Shown: positions 8,399 to 20,198 of the stretch, in pieces | How the letters are laid out: each line of letters begins with the position of its first letter | How positions within the stretch are numbered: the stretch's first letter is position 1 | NCBI GenBank assembly: GCA_020632335.1 | Contig: JACKFV010000001.1 | Span: forward strand, 450,001 to 482,000 | Origin: Candidatus Saccharimonadota bacterium | GTDB lineage: Bacteria; Patescibacteriota; Gracilibacteria; UBA4473 | Reading direction: 5' to 3' | Length of the DNA stretch: 32,000 nt | Position numbers and translations under genes: made by a program | The notes under the pieces: model-generated | The model's input: only the letters and a program-made list of their open reading frames with translations | Database searches by the model: none | What the model was told of the DNA's origin: nothing

Positions 8399-8422
8399 TC
8401 AAGCAAATTCCCACTTGCTTGA
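8399..8422. repeat. Perfect 8-bp inverted repeat TCAAGCAA-N8-TTGCTTGA upstream of the R-M gene
   Basis: Read directly from the sequence at 8399-8406 and 8415-8422, about 50 nt upstream of ATG 8472. It could be an operator or a hairpin; function unknown. Confidence 0.4.
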
Positions 8423-8471
8423 TTTGCTACCAGTCTAGACACCAGCACCGCACGGCCTACACTGCAGAAGC

Positions 8472-11400
8472 ATGCCCATAGCCGAGTACCTCCAGAGCGT
8501 GATAAGCATCTACGAGCAGGGCAATGGCACCGAGCACAGCTACCGTCCGGCGCTGCAACAGCTGCTGCATTCGCTCAGCACAGGCGTCACGGCGACTAAT
8601 GAACCTAAACGAGAGAAGTGCGGCGCGCCCGACTATATTCTCACGCGTGGGCAGATTCCTATCGGCTACATTGAGGCGAAGGATATCTTGCCCGGCATAC
8701 TGGATAAACGGGATACCCAGGCGCAGGTCCATAAGTATTTTGACGGGGAGCTGGGGTACAACTTCCTCCTGACGGACTACGTGGAGTTTCGCTTCTACCG
8801 TGGCGGGACGCTGGTGGAGACTGTGCGCATTGCTGACCGTTGGAATAACGCGCTCACTCCGCTGCCAGACCACTATGAGAAGCTGCGACTGCTGCTCGAG
8901 AGCTTCTTGCAATATCGTGGGCAGACGCTCACGTCGTCGGCGCAGCTGGCCGAGATGATGGCGGGGAAGGCCCGTATGATGCGCCAGGTGATCCGTGAAA
9001 TGTTGGCTGATGCGGACGACCATGGTGGCGAGATTGGCGGGCAGTTGCAGGCGTTTCGGAGGATCCTCATTCATGACCTCAGCGCTGAGGCCTTTGCCGA
9101 TATGTACGCGCAGACCATCACTTATGGGCTCTTTGCCGCGCGGTATGTGGACCCCACGCTGCCGACCTTTGACCGTTATGAGGCCGCACAGCTGCTGCCC
9201 AAAACCAACCCTTTTCTCCGGAATCTCTTTGGGCAGATAGGCGCGGTGAACTTCGACGAGCGACTCCGGTGGATTGTGGACGATCTCATCGAGGTCTTTA
9301 AGGCCTGTAACGTGGCGGAACTGCTGGCGGAGTACGGCGTTGCCAGCCAGCGCCATGACCCCATTGTGCACTTCTACGAGGACTTTCTGGCTTCTTATGA
9401 CCCCGCGCTGCGCAAGGCCAGGGGGGTATGGTACACGCCCCAGAGCGTAGTGGACTGGATTGTGCAGGCGGTAGATGCGGTGCTTGTACAGCACTTTGGC
9501 TTGCCTATGGGTCTCTCAGATACGAGTAAAATCACCGTGCAGTATGGTGACGGTCCTCCGCGAGACCTCCACAGCGTGCAGATCCTCGACCCGGCTACCG
9601 GAACGGGGACCTTCCTCGCGCGGGTAGTAGAGCAGGTGCACCGCCGCATAGGGGTGAGTATGCCAGCGCTGTGGCCGCAGTACGTCGCGCAGGATCTCTT
9701 GCCACGTTTGCATGGGTTTGAGCTCCTCATGGCCAGCTACGCTATGGCGCACTTGAAGATGGACATCGTACTGCGGGAGCTAGGCGCTCCGCCACCAGAA
9801 CGCGTGGGCATTTACCTGACCAATAGCTTGGAGGAATCGCACCCGGATACCGACAGTCTCTTTAGCCAGTGGCTGAGTGATGAGGGCAATGCCGCCAACC
9901 GCATTAAGCGGGAGACGCCCGTGATGTGCGTGCTCGGCAATCCGCCCTATAGTGGCATCAGTAGTAACAAGGGCGACTATATTACTCGTCTGATAGAAGA
10001 TTATAAGTATGTAAATGGGGTACACTTTGGCGAGAAGAAGCACTGGCTGGGAGATGATTATGTGAAATTTCTACGCCTAGCGGAGCACCTGGTGGAGAAA
10101 AACGGCGAAGGCGTGGTGGGCTACATCACCAACCACGGCTATCTGGATAACCCCACCTTCCGTGGTATGCGGTGGCACCTGCTGCAGACCTTTGACGACA
10201 TCTACGTGGTGGACCTGCACGGGAATAGCTTGAAGAAAGAGATGGCTCCTGATGGGTCCGCGGATCAGAACGTCTTTGACATCATGGCAGGGGTAGCGAT
10301 ATTCCTCGGGGTGAAGACGGGGAAGAAGCCTGCAGGAGCGCTGGCACGAGTGCACCACACGGAGCTCTATGGCAAGCGGCAGGAGAAGTACGCCGCACTG
10401 GAACAGATGACGCTACAGGAGGCTCCGTGGACGGAGATAGAGAACCGTGCGCCGTACTACTTCTTTGTGCCGAAGAACTATGATATGGGAGAGGAGTACA
10501 ACAAGGGTATGAGTGTGCGGGAGATATTCCCGGTGAATGGTGTGGGGGTTGTCACGGCCCGTGATTCTTTCTGCATTGATGGCGATAAAAAAGAGCTGCA
10601 GGACAGGATTATGGACTACTTAAATACCGACACTTCTGATAGTGAGGTCCGTAGAAAATATGGACTAAAGAATTCTAGTACTTTTAAACTGTCAATTTTC
10701 CGCGAACGAGCCAGACAAAATCATAACAATAACCTTTTTAAAAAAGTATCTTATAGACCGTTTGATAATCGCTGGATTTACTATACAAAGGATGTGGTGG
10801 AACGACCGGGGACAAAACACATGCGCCATATGCTAGCGGGGGAAAATGTGGGGTTGGCATTTAATAAACCAGCACAGGGGGGTCCTGATACATTTACTGA
10901 TATATTCGTATCAAATACTATTGTAGACCAGAGCATATATTCTGCTGTTAAGAGGTCACCACATTTAGCCCCCTCTACCTCTACCCCGAAGAAACACAGG
11001 CCACCATAGACGGCAGCCTCTTACGCACACCTAACCTCAGTGACGACGCCACAGAGCGCTTTTCTGCTGCCACTGGGCTGCGGTTTGTACCTGACCACCA
11101 GCACCCAGAAGCCGGCAATACGGATACCTTCACACCGCTGGACGTGCTGGACTACATCTACGCTGTGCTGCACAGCCCACGCTACCGAGAAACGTACCAG
11201 GAGTACCTCAAGATCGACTTCCCCCGTGTGCCCCTACCAGAGGGAGCGGAACAGTTCCGAGCCCTGGCTACACTCGGTGCTCAGCTGCGAGAGCTGCACC
11301 TGCTGCAGAGTCCGCTGGTGCACCAGTACCACATGACGCTAGAGGGCGGTACAGATATGACAGTCGGCAAAATAACGAAGAAGAGCTACCAGAGCGCTAC

Positions 11401-11614
11401 CGGGCGGGTGTACATTAATGATTCGGTGTACTTTACTGGGGTGACACAGACGGCATGGGAGTTCTTCATCGGTGGCTACCAGCCTGCACAGAAGTGGCTA
11501 AAGGACCGCACTGGCAGAGTACTTGGTCTCACCGACGCACAGCACTACATGCAGATGATTGCCGCACTTGAACATACCGCGCGAGTGATGCGGGAAATAG
11601 ATGAGGCATACTGA
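8472..11614 (+). pseudogene. Type IIG (fused endonuclease / N6-adenine methyltransferase / specificity) restriction-modification enzyme, interrupted by a frameshift near 10950
   Basis: N-terminal PD-(D/E)XK-like motif (GAPDYILTRGQIPIGYIEAKD). Methyltransferase motif I (ILDPATGTGTFLA) and motif IV (VLGNPPYSG). Conserved downstream blocks YRPFDNRWIYY, then, in a different frame, PLYLYPEE...DVLDYIYAVLHSPRYRETYQEYLKIDFPRVP. The first frame stops at 11007-11009. The second frame is open from 10952 to the stop at 11612-11614. Confidence 0.75.
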
Positions 11615-11664
11615 AAAATACCAGAGTGGAGCATCTGCACCGGGCCACACACTGGTATTTTCAT
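11615..11664. terminator. Bidirectional rho-independent terminator after the R-M gene
   Basis: aaaaataccagagtg (about 11615-11628) pairs with cacactggtatttt (about 11647-11661) with one mismatch. A-run on the left and T-run on the right. Confidence 0.55.
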
Positions 11665-11813
11665 CGGGCTATCTCCGGCCCTTTGGTTTGCGTTTCCCCG
11701 AAGGTTTGCCGCCATTCTTTACGAATGAGAACCAGCCTTTCCCGCGTCCCTTGCAACCATTGTTATTGGTGATGCCAGTGTGTTTTTTTGGGTTTTTTTG
11801 TTTTGTCTTCATA

Positions 11814-12173
11814 CTATTTTCTCTTCTTTTTGGTGAAAAATTTGGTAACCTTTAGAAAATGTTCCGCGCCAGCAGCTATACCTGCTGCCCATTGTTCAAT
11901 AACGGGAGAGCCGCTGCGGCCATTGCTGTAGTAGTCCTGCACTATTTTCTCCGCATTTATTCGGCGCTTACCGAGGGTTCTCTTTGCTCTGGAATCTTTT
12001 TGTGCCATAACATACTGATTTGTAGAGTGATGATTCTGCCATCGCTCGGGGTGAATAATAAAATGTCTCCACTCTGGATTGTGAAGGATCTGTGAAGGAG
12101 AGTGTTCGCTCCTTACACTCCCTGTATACGAGCTAGGAGCACGAGTGTCAATGGGAGAGGATACTGTTCTCAT
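11814..12173 (-). CDS. Hypothetical basic protein (orphan ORF)
   Basis: 119-aa ORF lying between two terminators in a lower-GC spacer. The C-terminus is Lys-rich (KFFTKKKRK). No motif recognised, so coding status is uncertain. Confidence 0.3.
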   Translation of the reverse strand: MRTVSSPIDTRAPSSYTGSVRSEHSPSQILHNPEWRHFIIHPERWQNHHSTNQYVMAQKDSRAKRTLGKRRINAEKIVQDYYSNGRSGSPVIEQWAAGIAAGAEHFLKVTKFFTKKKRK

Positions 12174-12188
12174 GTGCTTTATCTAGCG

Positions 12189-12212
12189 AAAAAACAGAGG
12201 TCCATACCTCTG
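12189..12212 (-). terminator. Rho-independent terminator immediately downstream of tRNA-Met
   Basis: 7-bp stem CAGAGGT (12195-12201) / ACCTCTG (12206-12212) with a 4-nt loop. On the minus strand it is followed by TTTTTT (plus-strand A-run 12189-12194). Confidence 0.6.
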
Positions 12213-12224
12213 AAAATGCTGGAG

Positions 12225-12301
12225 TGGTGGCGAGGGGGGGACTTGAACCCCCGACCTCCGGGTTATGAATCCGACGCTCTAACCAGCTGAGCTACCTCGC
12301 C
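12225..12301 (-). tRNA. tRNA with CAU anticodon (elongator Met; Ile2/lysidine type not excluded), CCA encoded
   Basis: The reverse complement folds as a 77-nt cloverleaf. Acceptor GGCGAGG/CCTCGCC. D arm GCTC-AGCTGGTTA-GAGC. Anticodon arm TCGGA-TTCATAA-CCCGG, which has one T-G pair and one A-C pair. T arm GGGGG-TTCAAGT-CCCCC. 3' end ACCA. The G1-C72 pair argues against an initiator tRNA. Confidence 0.85.
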
Positions 12302-12304
12302 ATA

Positions 12305-12727
12305 TTATGCTTTACACGCTTGGCACAGACCATAGAAAGTCATCTCCACATGGTCAAGTGAAAACTGCTTCTCTTCCGCCAATTGCCTGGCGATGCCCTC
12401 TTTATAATTCAGCGTAATCTCCTCAGCCTGCCCGCAGCTGGTGCAGAGGAGGAAGTGGTGGCTCATCCCCGTAGACTGGTAGGCCGTGGTGCGGATGAAC
12501 CCGGTGTCTATCTGCGTCACACACCGGAGTTCCTGCAGGCGTTCGAGGATGCGGTAGACGGTGGTGATGTCGGTATGGTGGCCACGAGAGCGCAGCATAG
12601 CCGTCAGCTCATTGGCGCTGAGGAGGGTGGTGGACTGCTCGAAAATAGTGATGAGGTTGCGCACTGCCGCGGTGAGCCGCCAGTTGTGCTCGGCGTAGGC
12701 TCGGAGGATATAGTCACGAAAGTCCAT
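12305..12727 (-). CDS. Fur-family metal-responsive transcriptional regulator (Fur/Zur/PerR type not resolved)
   Basis: 140-aa ORF. It has a winged-helix segment (ITTVYRILERLQELRCV), then HHFLLCTSCG and LCQAC (paired CxxC motifs of the structural Zn site). The start codon overlaps the upstream gene's stop codon (TAATG). Confidence 0.8.
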   Translation of the reverse strand: MDFRDYILRAYAEHNWRLTAAVRNLITIFEQSTTLLSANELTAMLRSRGHHTDITTVYRILERLQELRCVTQIDTGFIRTTAYQSTGMSHHFLLCTSCGQAEEITLNYKEGIARQLAEEKQFSLDHVEMTFYGLCQACKA

Positions 12728-13263
12728 TAGGTGAGGGTGCTAAGCGGGATCACGGTGCAGAGTGTGCTGTCTTCTTGCAGGTCAGTGGGGGAGAGGGTGC
12801 ACTGTGCGCTCTGGGCCAGGGTGAGCTGCGATGGGAGGATCTTCTGCAATGCGGGGGCGCTGAGGCTAGTGACCACCACGACCGCCTGGGGTACCACGCT
12901 GTCCACCAGTTTTTTCACCATGGGGAGGGAGGATTCGTCGGTAATGCGCAGCAGGAGCACGTGGATGGTTTCGCCCAGGGTGTCGCTCTTCTGCATGGTG
13001 GCGGGCACGGCGCGCTCGGGTACAAAGACGGTACTCATGCCCTGGCTGGTCACGCGGTACACCACGGTGTCGTCTACCTGTATGCCGGTGATGAGCAGCC
13101 CCGAGAGCTCGTACTCGCCCGGGAGCGCAATGGAGTCTTGCACGGGGGTGGGCACGGTGCTCAGCAGCGTATGGAGGGTGAGGTCCCCGGGGGTGTCGAT
13201 CCCCACGGTTTTAGGCGTGGTACGGAGTAAAAATCCGTCTCTCTGTGCTTGCAGGGCTATCAT
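12727..13263 (-). CDS. Hypothetical protein (weak resemblance to the C-terminal part of MBL-fold/UPF0173-like hydrolases)
   Basis: The listed 250-aa ORF has an implausible Cys/Ser/Ala-rich N-terminal extension that overlaps tsaE. I chose the internal Met at 13263 (MIALQAQRDG...), which gives 178 aa. Segments such as LPGEYELSGLLITGI and IHVLLLRI...VKKLVDSVVPQAVVV recall MBL-fold proteins, but no HxHxDH motif is present. Confidence 0.4.
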   Translation of the reverse strand: MIALQAQRDGFLLRTTPKTVGIDTPGDLTLHTLLSTVPTPVQDSIALPGEYELSGLLITGIQVDDTVVYRVTSQGMSTVFVPERAVPATMQKSDTLGETIHVLLLRITDESSLPMVKKLVDSVVPQAVVVVTSLSAPALQKILPSQLTLAQSAQCTLSPTDLQEDSTLCTVIPLSTLT

Positions 13264-13300
13264 CGTTGTGTAGGGTACGCTAGTACTATAGGCAAATGCC

Positions 13301-13777
13301 ATGAGGTCGCAACTGGTTTTTACGCGAAATATCCCCGATGTCACCGCGCTGGCGCTGCTGGCGGAGGAGCTTCTCGCGCTGCAGAGCCCAGGGCAGGCGG
13401 CGGCGTACTTCCTCTCTGGGCCGCTGGGGGTGGGCAAGACCACGCTGGCGCAGCAGCTCCTGCAGCATATGGGGGTCACAGAGCCGGTGACGTCTCCTAC
13501 ATTTAGCCTGCTGCAGCACTATACGGTACCCGGTACGGAGCGTGAGGTGGTGCATATGGACTGCTACCGGATGGAGGACGCGGAGGAGTTTTTCGCTCGT
13601 GGAGGGGAGGAAGCCGCTGCTGACCCCCGCCTGACCTGCCTGGTGGAGTGGCCCGAAAAGCTCTCGGCCAGTGCCCGAGAGTGCTTCACCGCGCCGCAGC
13701 AGTACACGCTAGCCCTGGCCTACGCGCCTGATGGTGGCCGCACCGTGACCGTAACGCAGCATACTCCTCCCTCATGA
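13301..13777 (+). CDS. tsaE: tRNA threonylcarbamoyladenosine (t6A) biosynthesis ATPase TsaE
   Basis: 158-aa ORF with P-loop SGPLGVGKTTLAQ, then SPTFSLLQHY, HMDCYR and EWPEKL, the characteristic TsaE/YjeE blocks. Confidence 0.85.
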   Translation: MRSQLVFTRNIPDVTALALLAEELLALQSPGQAAAYFLSGPLGVGKTTLAQQLLQHMGVTEPVTSPTFSLLQHYTVPGTEREVVHMDCYRMEDAEEFFARGGEEAAADPRLTCLVEWPEKLSASARECFTAPQQYTLALAYAPDGGRTVTVTQHTPPS

Positions 13778-14376
13778 CGAGCCTCCCTCCAGCGGTCACG
13801 GCGGTGATAGACGCGCTCTCGGCGCTGCCAGGGATAGGCCAACGGAGCGCCGAGCGGCTGACGCTGCGCCTGCTACAGACGGGGGACTCGCTGGCACTGA
13901 CGCTCTCTCAGGCACTGCAAGACATGACCACCCAGGTGCACGAGTGCCAGCGCTGCCACCACCTCTGTGAGGGGACGCTCTGCAGCCTGTGCAGTGACCC
14001 CGGGCGCGACCAGCACCAGCTGTGTGTGGTGGAGAGCCCGCTAGATGTCTTGGCACTGGAGCGAACGCACAGCTACCGGGGGGGCTACCATGTGCTGCAC
14101 GGTACGCTGAGCCCACTGCGCAAGGTGTCTCCGCAGGATATCCGCCTGGCGTCGCTGCTGGAGCGGCTGCGGGAGGGAGAGATCACCGAGCTTATCCTCG
14201 CCACGGGGGCCAGTACGGAGAGCGAGGCCACGGCCCTCTACCTATTACAAGAGGCCGAGGGGATCTACACCGGCAGCGTCACGCGGCTCTCACGCGGCAT
14301 CCCCAGCGGTATGCAGCTGGACTCGCTCGACGTGGGGACGGTCACCCGCGCCATGACCGAACGCCGCAGCTGGTAG
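13774..14376 (+). CDS. recR: Recombination protein RecR
   Basis: 200-aa ORF. It has helix-hairpin-helix LSALPGIGQRSAERL, zinc finger CQRCHHLCEGTLCSLC, and a Toprim-like segment LCVVESPLDVLALE. The ATGA overlap with tsaE suggests translational coupling. Confidence 0.9.
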   Translation: MTSLPPAVTAVIDALSALPGIGQRSAERLTLRLLQTGDSLALTLSQALQDMTTQVHECQRCHHLCEGTLCSLCSDPGRDQHQLCVVESPLDVLALERTHSYRGGYHVLHGTLSPLRKVSPQDIRLASLLERLREGEITELILATGASTESEATALYLLQEAEGIYTGSVTRLSRGIPSGMQLDSLDVGTVTRAMTERRSW

Positions 14377-14486
14377 TGCTGCGCGGTGTCTGGCCTGCTC
14401 CTGTGTAGGGAGATAGTATGGATAGCAAGTGTGCTCCACCCTCGCATAGCAGCAGGGGCGCGTCAGAGGATACTCCAGAAAAAGAC

Positions 14487-14515
14487 TTGACGAACGCACT
14501 TAGCAGTCATACAAT
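14487..14515 (+). promoter_or_regulatory. Candidate sigma70-type promoter of dnaK: TTGACG-N17-TACAAT
   Basis: TTGACG at 14487-14492 and TACAAT at 14510-14515, with an exact 17-nt spacer. The -10 element ends 22 nt before the dnaK ATG. Confidence 0.5.
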
Positions 14516-14526
14516 GAGTCTGCTAA
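14500..14526. promoter_or_regulatory. CIRCE-like inverted repeat (putative HrcA operator) overlapping the dnaK promoter
   Basis: TTAGCAGTC-N9-GTCTGCTAA compared with the CIRCE consensus TTAGCACTC-N9-GAGTGCTAA. The outer 7 bp TTAGCAG/CTGCTAA are perfectly complementary. Confidence 0.5.
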
Positions 14527-14537
14527 TATCTGAAACT

Positions 14538-16457
14538 ATGACAGCAAAAATAATCGGTATAGACCTGGGTACCACCAACAGCTGCGTGGCGGTGATGGAG
14601 GGTGGCAAGGCTACCGTCATCGCGAATGCGGAGGGCCAGCGCACCACTCCTAGCGTGGTAGCCAGCAAAGACGGCAAGACGCTCGTGGGGCTGAGTGCTA
14701 AGCGCCAGGCGCTGGTAAACCCCAAAAATACCATCTTCTCGGCCAAGCGTTTCATCGGGCGCAAGTACGATGAGGTACAGGAAGAGCGCGAGGAGATGCC
14801 CTATGAGACCACTAAAGCCAGCAACGGCGAGGTGCGCATCACGTATGAGGGCAAGGAGGTAACCCCGCAGGAGATCAGCGCTAAGGTACTGCAGAAGCTC
14901 AAAGCTGACGCTGAGGCCTACCTGGGCAGTACGGTAACCAAGGCGGTCATCACGGTGCCGGCGTACTTTAACGACGAGCAGCGCAAGGCCACGAAAGATG
15001 CGGGGAAGATCGCCGGGCTGGAGGTCGAGCGCATCATCAACGAGCCCACCGCGGCCGCTTTGGCTTATGGAATAGACAAGAAGGGAAAGGAGGAGAAGGT
15101 CGCCGTGTATGACCTGGGGGGCGGTACCTTTGATATTTCTCTGCTGGAGATAGACGACGGGACCTTTGAGGTGCTGGCAACCAACGGCGACACTCACCTG
15201 GGGGGGGATAACTTCGACAGCGTGATTATCCAGCACCTCATCCAGGAGTTTAAGAATGCTACGGGCACCGACGTGACCAACGACGCCATGGCCATGCAGC
15301 GGATAAAAGAAGAAGCTGAGCGGGCCAAGAAAGAGCTGAGCAGCACTACCGAGACCGACATCAACCTCATGTACCTGACGGTGACCGACGCTGGGCCGCA
15401 GCACCTGACCACGAAACTCACCCGTAGTAAGCTGGAGCAGCTGGTGGAGCCGCTCATCAAGCGCTCATTAGAGCCCGTGAAGAAGGCCCTGCAAGACGCA
15501 GGACTCCAGCCAAAGGACATCGACGAAGTGCTGCTGGTAGGGGGTATGACCCGTATGCCAGCGGTCAAGCAGGCGGTGGAGAGCTTCTTCGGGAAGAAAC
15601 CCCACGAGGGCGTGAACCCCGACGAGGTGGTGGCGCTGGGCGCTGCGGTGCAGGGGGGCGTACTGCAGGGCGACGTCACGGACGTGCTGCTGCTGGACGT
15701 GACGCCGCTCACTCTCTCTATAGAGACCGCCGGGGGCATCGCCACGCCTATGATAGAGCGTAACACTACCATCCCCACCAGCAAGAGCCAGGTCTTCAGC
15801 ACCTACGCTGACCAGCAGACCCAGGTAGACATCCACGTGCTGCAGGGCGAGCGGGAGATGGCAGATGGGAATAAGTCGCTCGGGCGCTTTATTCTGGACG
15901 GGATCCCCCCAGCACCGCGCGGTGTACCGCAGATAGAGGTGACCTTTGACATCGACGCTAACGGGATCATCAGCGTAAAGGCCAAGGACAAAGCCACGAA
16001 TAAAGAAGCCAGTGTGACCATCCAGGACGGTGGTGGGCTAAGCGACGCCGAAGTAGAAGCCCTGCGCAAAGAAGCCGAGGAACACGCCGCGGACGACAAA
16101 GCCCGCAAGCAGCGCGCCGAGGCAAGGAACCACCTGGACAGCGCCGTCTACCAGGCCGAGAAGACCGTGAAGGAAGCTCAGGAGCTCCAGAAGGACGAGC
16201 TGCAAGACGCGATCACCGCGGTGGAGGCAGCGCTGCCAGCGGCCAAAGAACTGCTGGCCGCAGACGACGCAACGCCCGAGGCGATGCAACAGGCCACCGA
16301 GAAGCTCCAGAAGGAGCTCATGCAGCTGGCCACCAAGATGTACGAGGCCGGCGCTGAGCCCCATGCTGCGGCTGGTGAGGCCAGTGCAGACGCCGCTGGT
16401 GAGGGAGAAATCCCTGGCACTAGCGACGCGGAGGACGCCGACGTGACCGAGAAATAG
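14538..16457 (+). CDS. dnaK: Molecular chaperone DnaK (Hsp70)
   Basis: Canonical Hsp70 sequence from [19 protein letters not shown]. Further blocks are [10 protein letters not shown] and [13 protein letters not shown], with a C-terminal lid. The ORF listed from 14418 has a non-homologous 40-aa extension; I chose the ATG at 14538. Confidence 0.95.
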   Translation: MTAKIIGIDLGTTNSCVAVMEGGKATVIANAEGQRTTPSVVASKDGKTLVGLSAKRQALVNPKNTIFSAKRFIGRKYDEVQEEREEMPYETTKASNGEVRITYEGKEVTPQEISAKVLQKLKADAEAYLGSTVTKAVITVPAYFNDEQRKATKDAGKIAGLEVERIINEPTAAALAYGIDKKGKEEKVAVYDLGGGTFDISLLEIDDGTFEVLATNGDTHLGGDNFDSVIIQHLIQEFKNATGTDVTNDAMAMQRIKEEAERAKKELSSTTETDINLMYLTVTDAGPQHLTTKLTRSKLEQLVEPLIKRSLEPVKKALQDAGLQPKDIDEVLLVGGMTRMPAVKQAVESFFGKKPHEGVNPDEVVALGAAVQGGVLQGDVTDVLLLDVTPLTLSIETAGGIATPMIERNTTIPTSKSQVFSTYADQQTQVDIHVLQGEREMADGNKSLGRFILDGIPPAPRGVPQIEVTFDIDANGIISVKAKDKATNKEASVTIQDGGGLSDAEVEALRKEAEEHAADDKARKQRAEARNHLDSAVYQAEKTVKEAQELQKDELQDAITAVEAALPAAKELLAADDATPEAMQQATEKLQKELMQLATKMYEAGAEPHAAAGEASADAAGEGEIPGTSDAEDADVTEK

Positions 16458-16492
16458 CCTGCCGTCGTGCCACCAGAGGAGCGCTGTAGCGT

Positions 16493-16556
16493 GCAAAATC
16501 CTGCCCCTGTGAGGTGGGATTTTTGCTGTGTGGTTGCGGTTTTTCTTCTTTTTTGC
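16493..16556 (+). terminator. Probable rho-independent terminator after dnaK
   Basis: GCAAAATCC (16493-16501) pairs with GGATTTTTGC (16517-26) with one bulged T, followed by a T-rich tract (ggtttttcttcttttttg). Confidence 0.45.
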
Positions 16557-16564
16557 AAAATAGC

Positions 16565-16593
16565 TTGACAGCTCCTCTGCCCCGGGGTACATT
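16565..16593 (+). promoter_or_regulatory. Candidate rRNA promoter TTGACA-N17-TACATT with an upstream T/A-rich (UP-like) tract
   Basis: Consensus -35 TTGACA at 16565-16570, a 17-nt spacer, and TACATT at 16588-16593. It is preceded by ttttcttcttttttgcaaaatagc and lies about 170 nt upstream of the 23S 5' end. Confidence 0.55.
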
Positions 16594-16692
16594 CGCCCGT
16601 GCTGGTGGGGGCAGAAAGGGAACACCATGCGCGAGATCATTGACGTATCGACAGACAAGTGCAAACATAGGTGGCGTTTCGCTATAGCTTCC

Positions 16693-16731
16693 CAGCTGAG
16701 AGGCGCTCACAGATGATTGCAACGTCTGAGT
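16693..16731 (+). other. 5' arm of the 23S precursor processing stem (pairs with 19950-19990)
   Basis: Leader cagctgagaggcgctcacagatgattgcaacgtctgagt is nearly the reverse complement of trailer actcagaacgtggcaatcatcttgtgagtgcctcccagctg, with a few mismatches and bulges. This is the classical RNase III-type stem bracketing a large rRNA. Confidence 0.6.
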
Positions 16732-16763
16732 AAATGTAACACATATGTAAATATGTGTTCGAC

Positions 16764-19945
<3,182 letters not shown>

Positions 19946-19949
19946 AACC

Positions 19950-19990
19950 ACTCAGAACGTGGCAATCATCTTGTGAGTGCCTCCCAGCTG
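19950..19990 (+). other. 3' arm of the 23S precursor processing stem (pairs with 16693-16731)
   Basis: See the 5' arm. Complementarity was read directly from the sequence. Confidence 0.6.
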
Positions 19991-20055
19991 TGAAGGCTGT
20001 GAGAGGCGGTAACTTGTCTGTTGAATACTATTCATGCGGTCTGGCTAAGAGAATA

Positions 20056-20175
20056 CCGTGTTGATGACTGTAGCAAGGAGGGTACACCCGGTCACATTCC
20101 GAACCCGGCAGTTAAGCTCCTTCGCGCCGATGGTACTTGGATCATTCCTGGGAGAGTAGGTCGTCGTCAACACGG
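20056..20175 (+). rRNA. rrf: 5S ribosomal RNA
   Basis: 120 nt. Helix I is ccgtgttgatgac / gtcgtcaacacgg. Conserved 5S blocks are cccggtcacattccgaacccggcagttaagc, gcgccgatggtac and gggagagtagg. It is followed by tgtttttttg. Confidence 0.9.
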
Positions 20176-20198
20176 TGTTTTTTTGTGTACCCAAACCA

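Noticed and set aside
8368-8481. A 37-aa Cys-containing ORF (MRLINCSGNIVKQIPTCLICYQSRHQHRTAYTAEACP) overlapping the R-M gene start, considered as a possible controller or leader peptide.
   Set aside because: There is no recognisable HTH, so it cannot be a C-protein. It has no RBS or promoter logic and overlaps the inverted repeat. I cannot distinguish it from a chance ORF.
11040-11336. A 98-aa ORF in the gap between the two R-M gene fragments.
   Set aside because: It is in the frame that has already terminated. The conserved R-M C-terminal sequence is in a different frame across this region.
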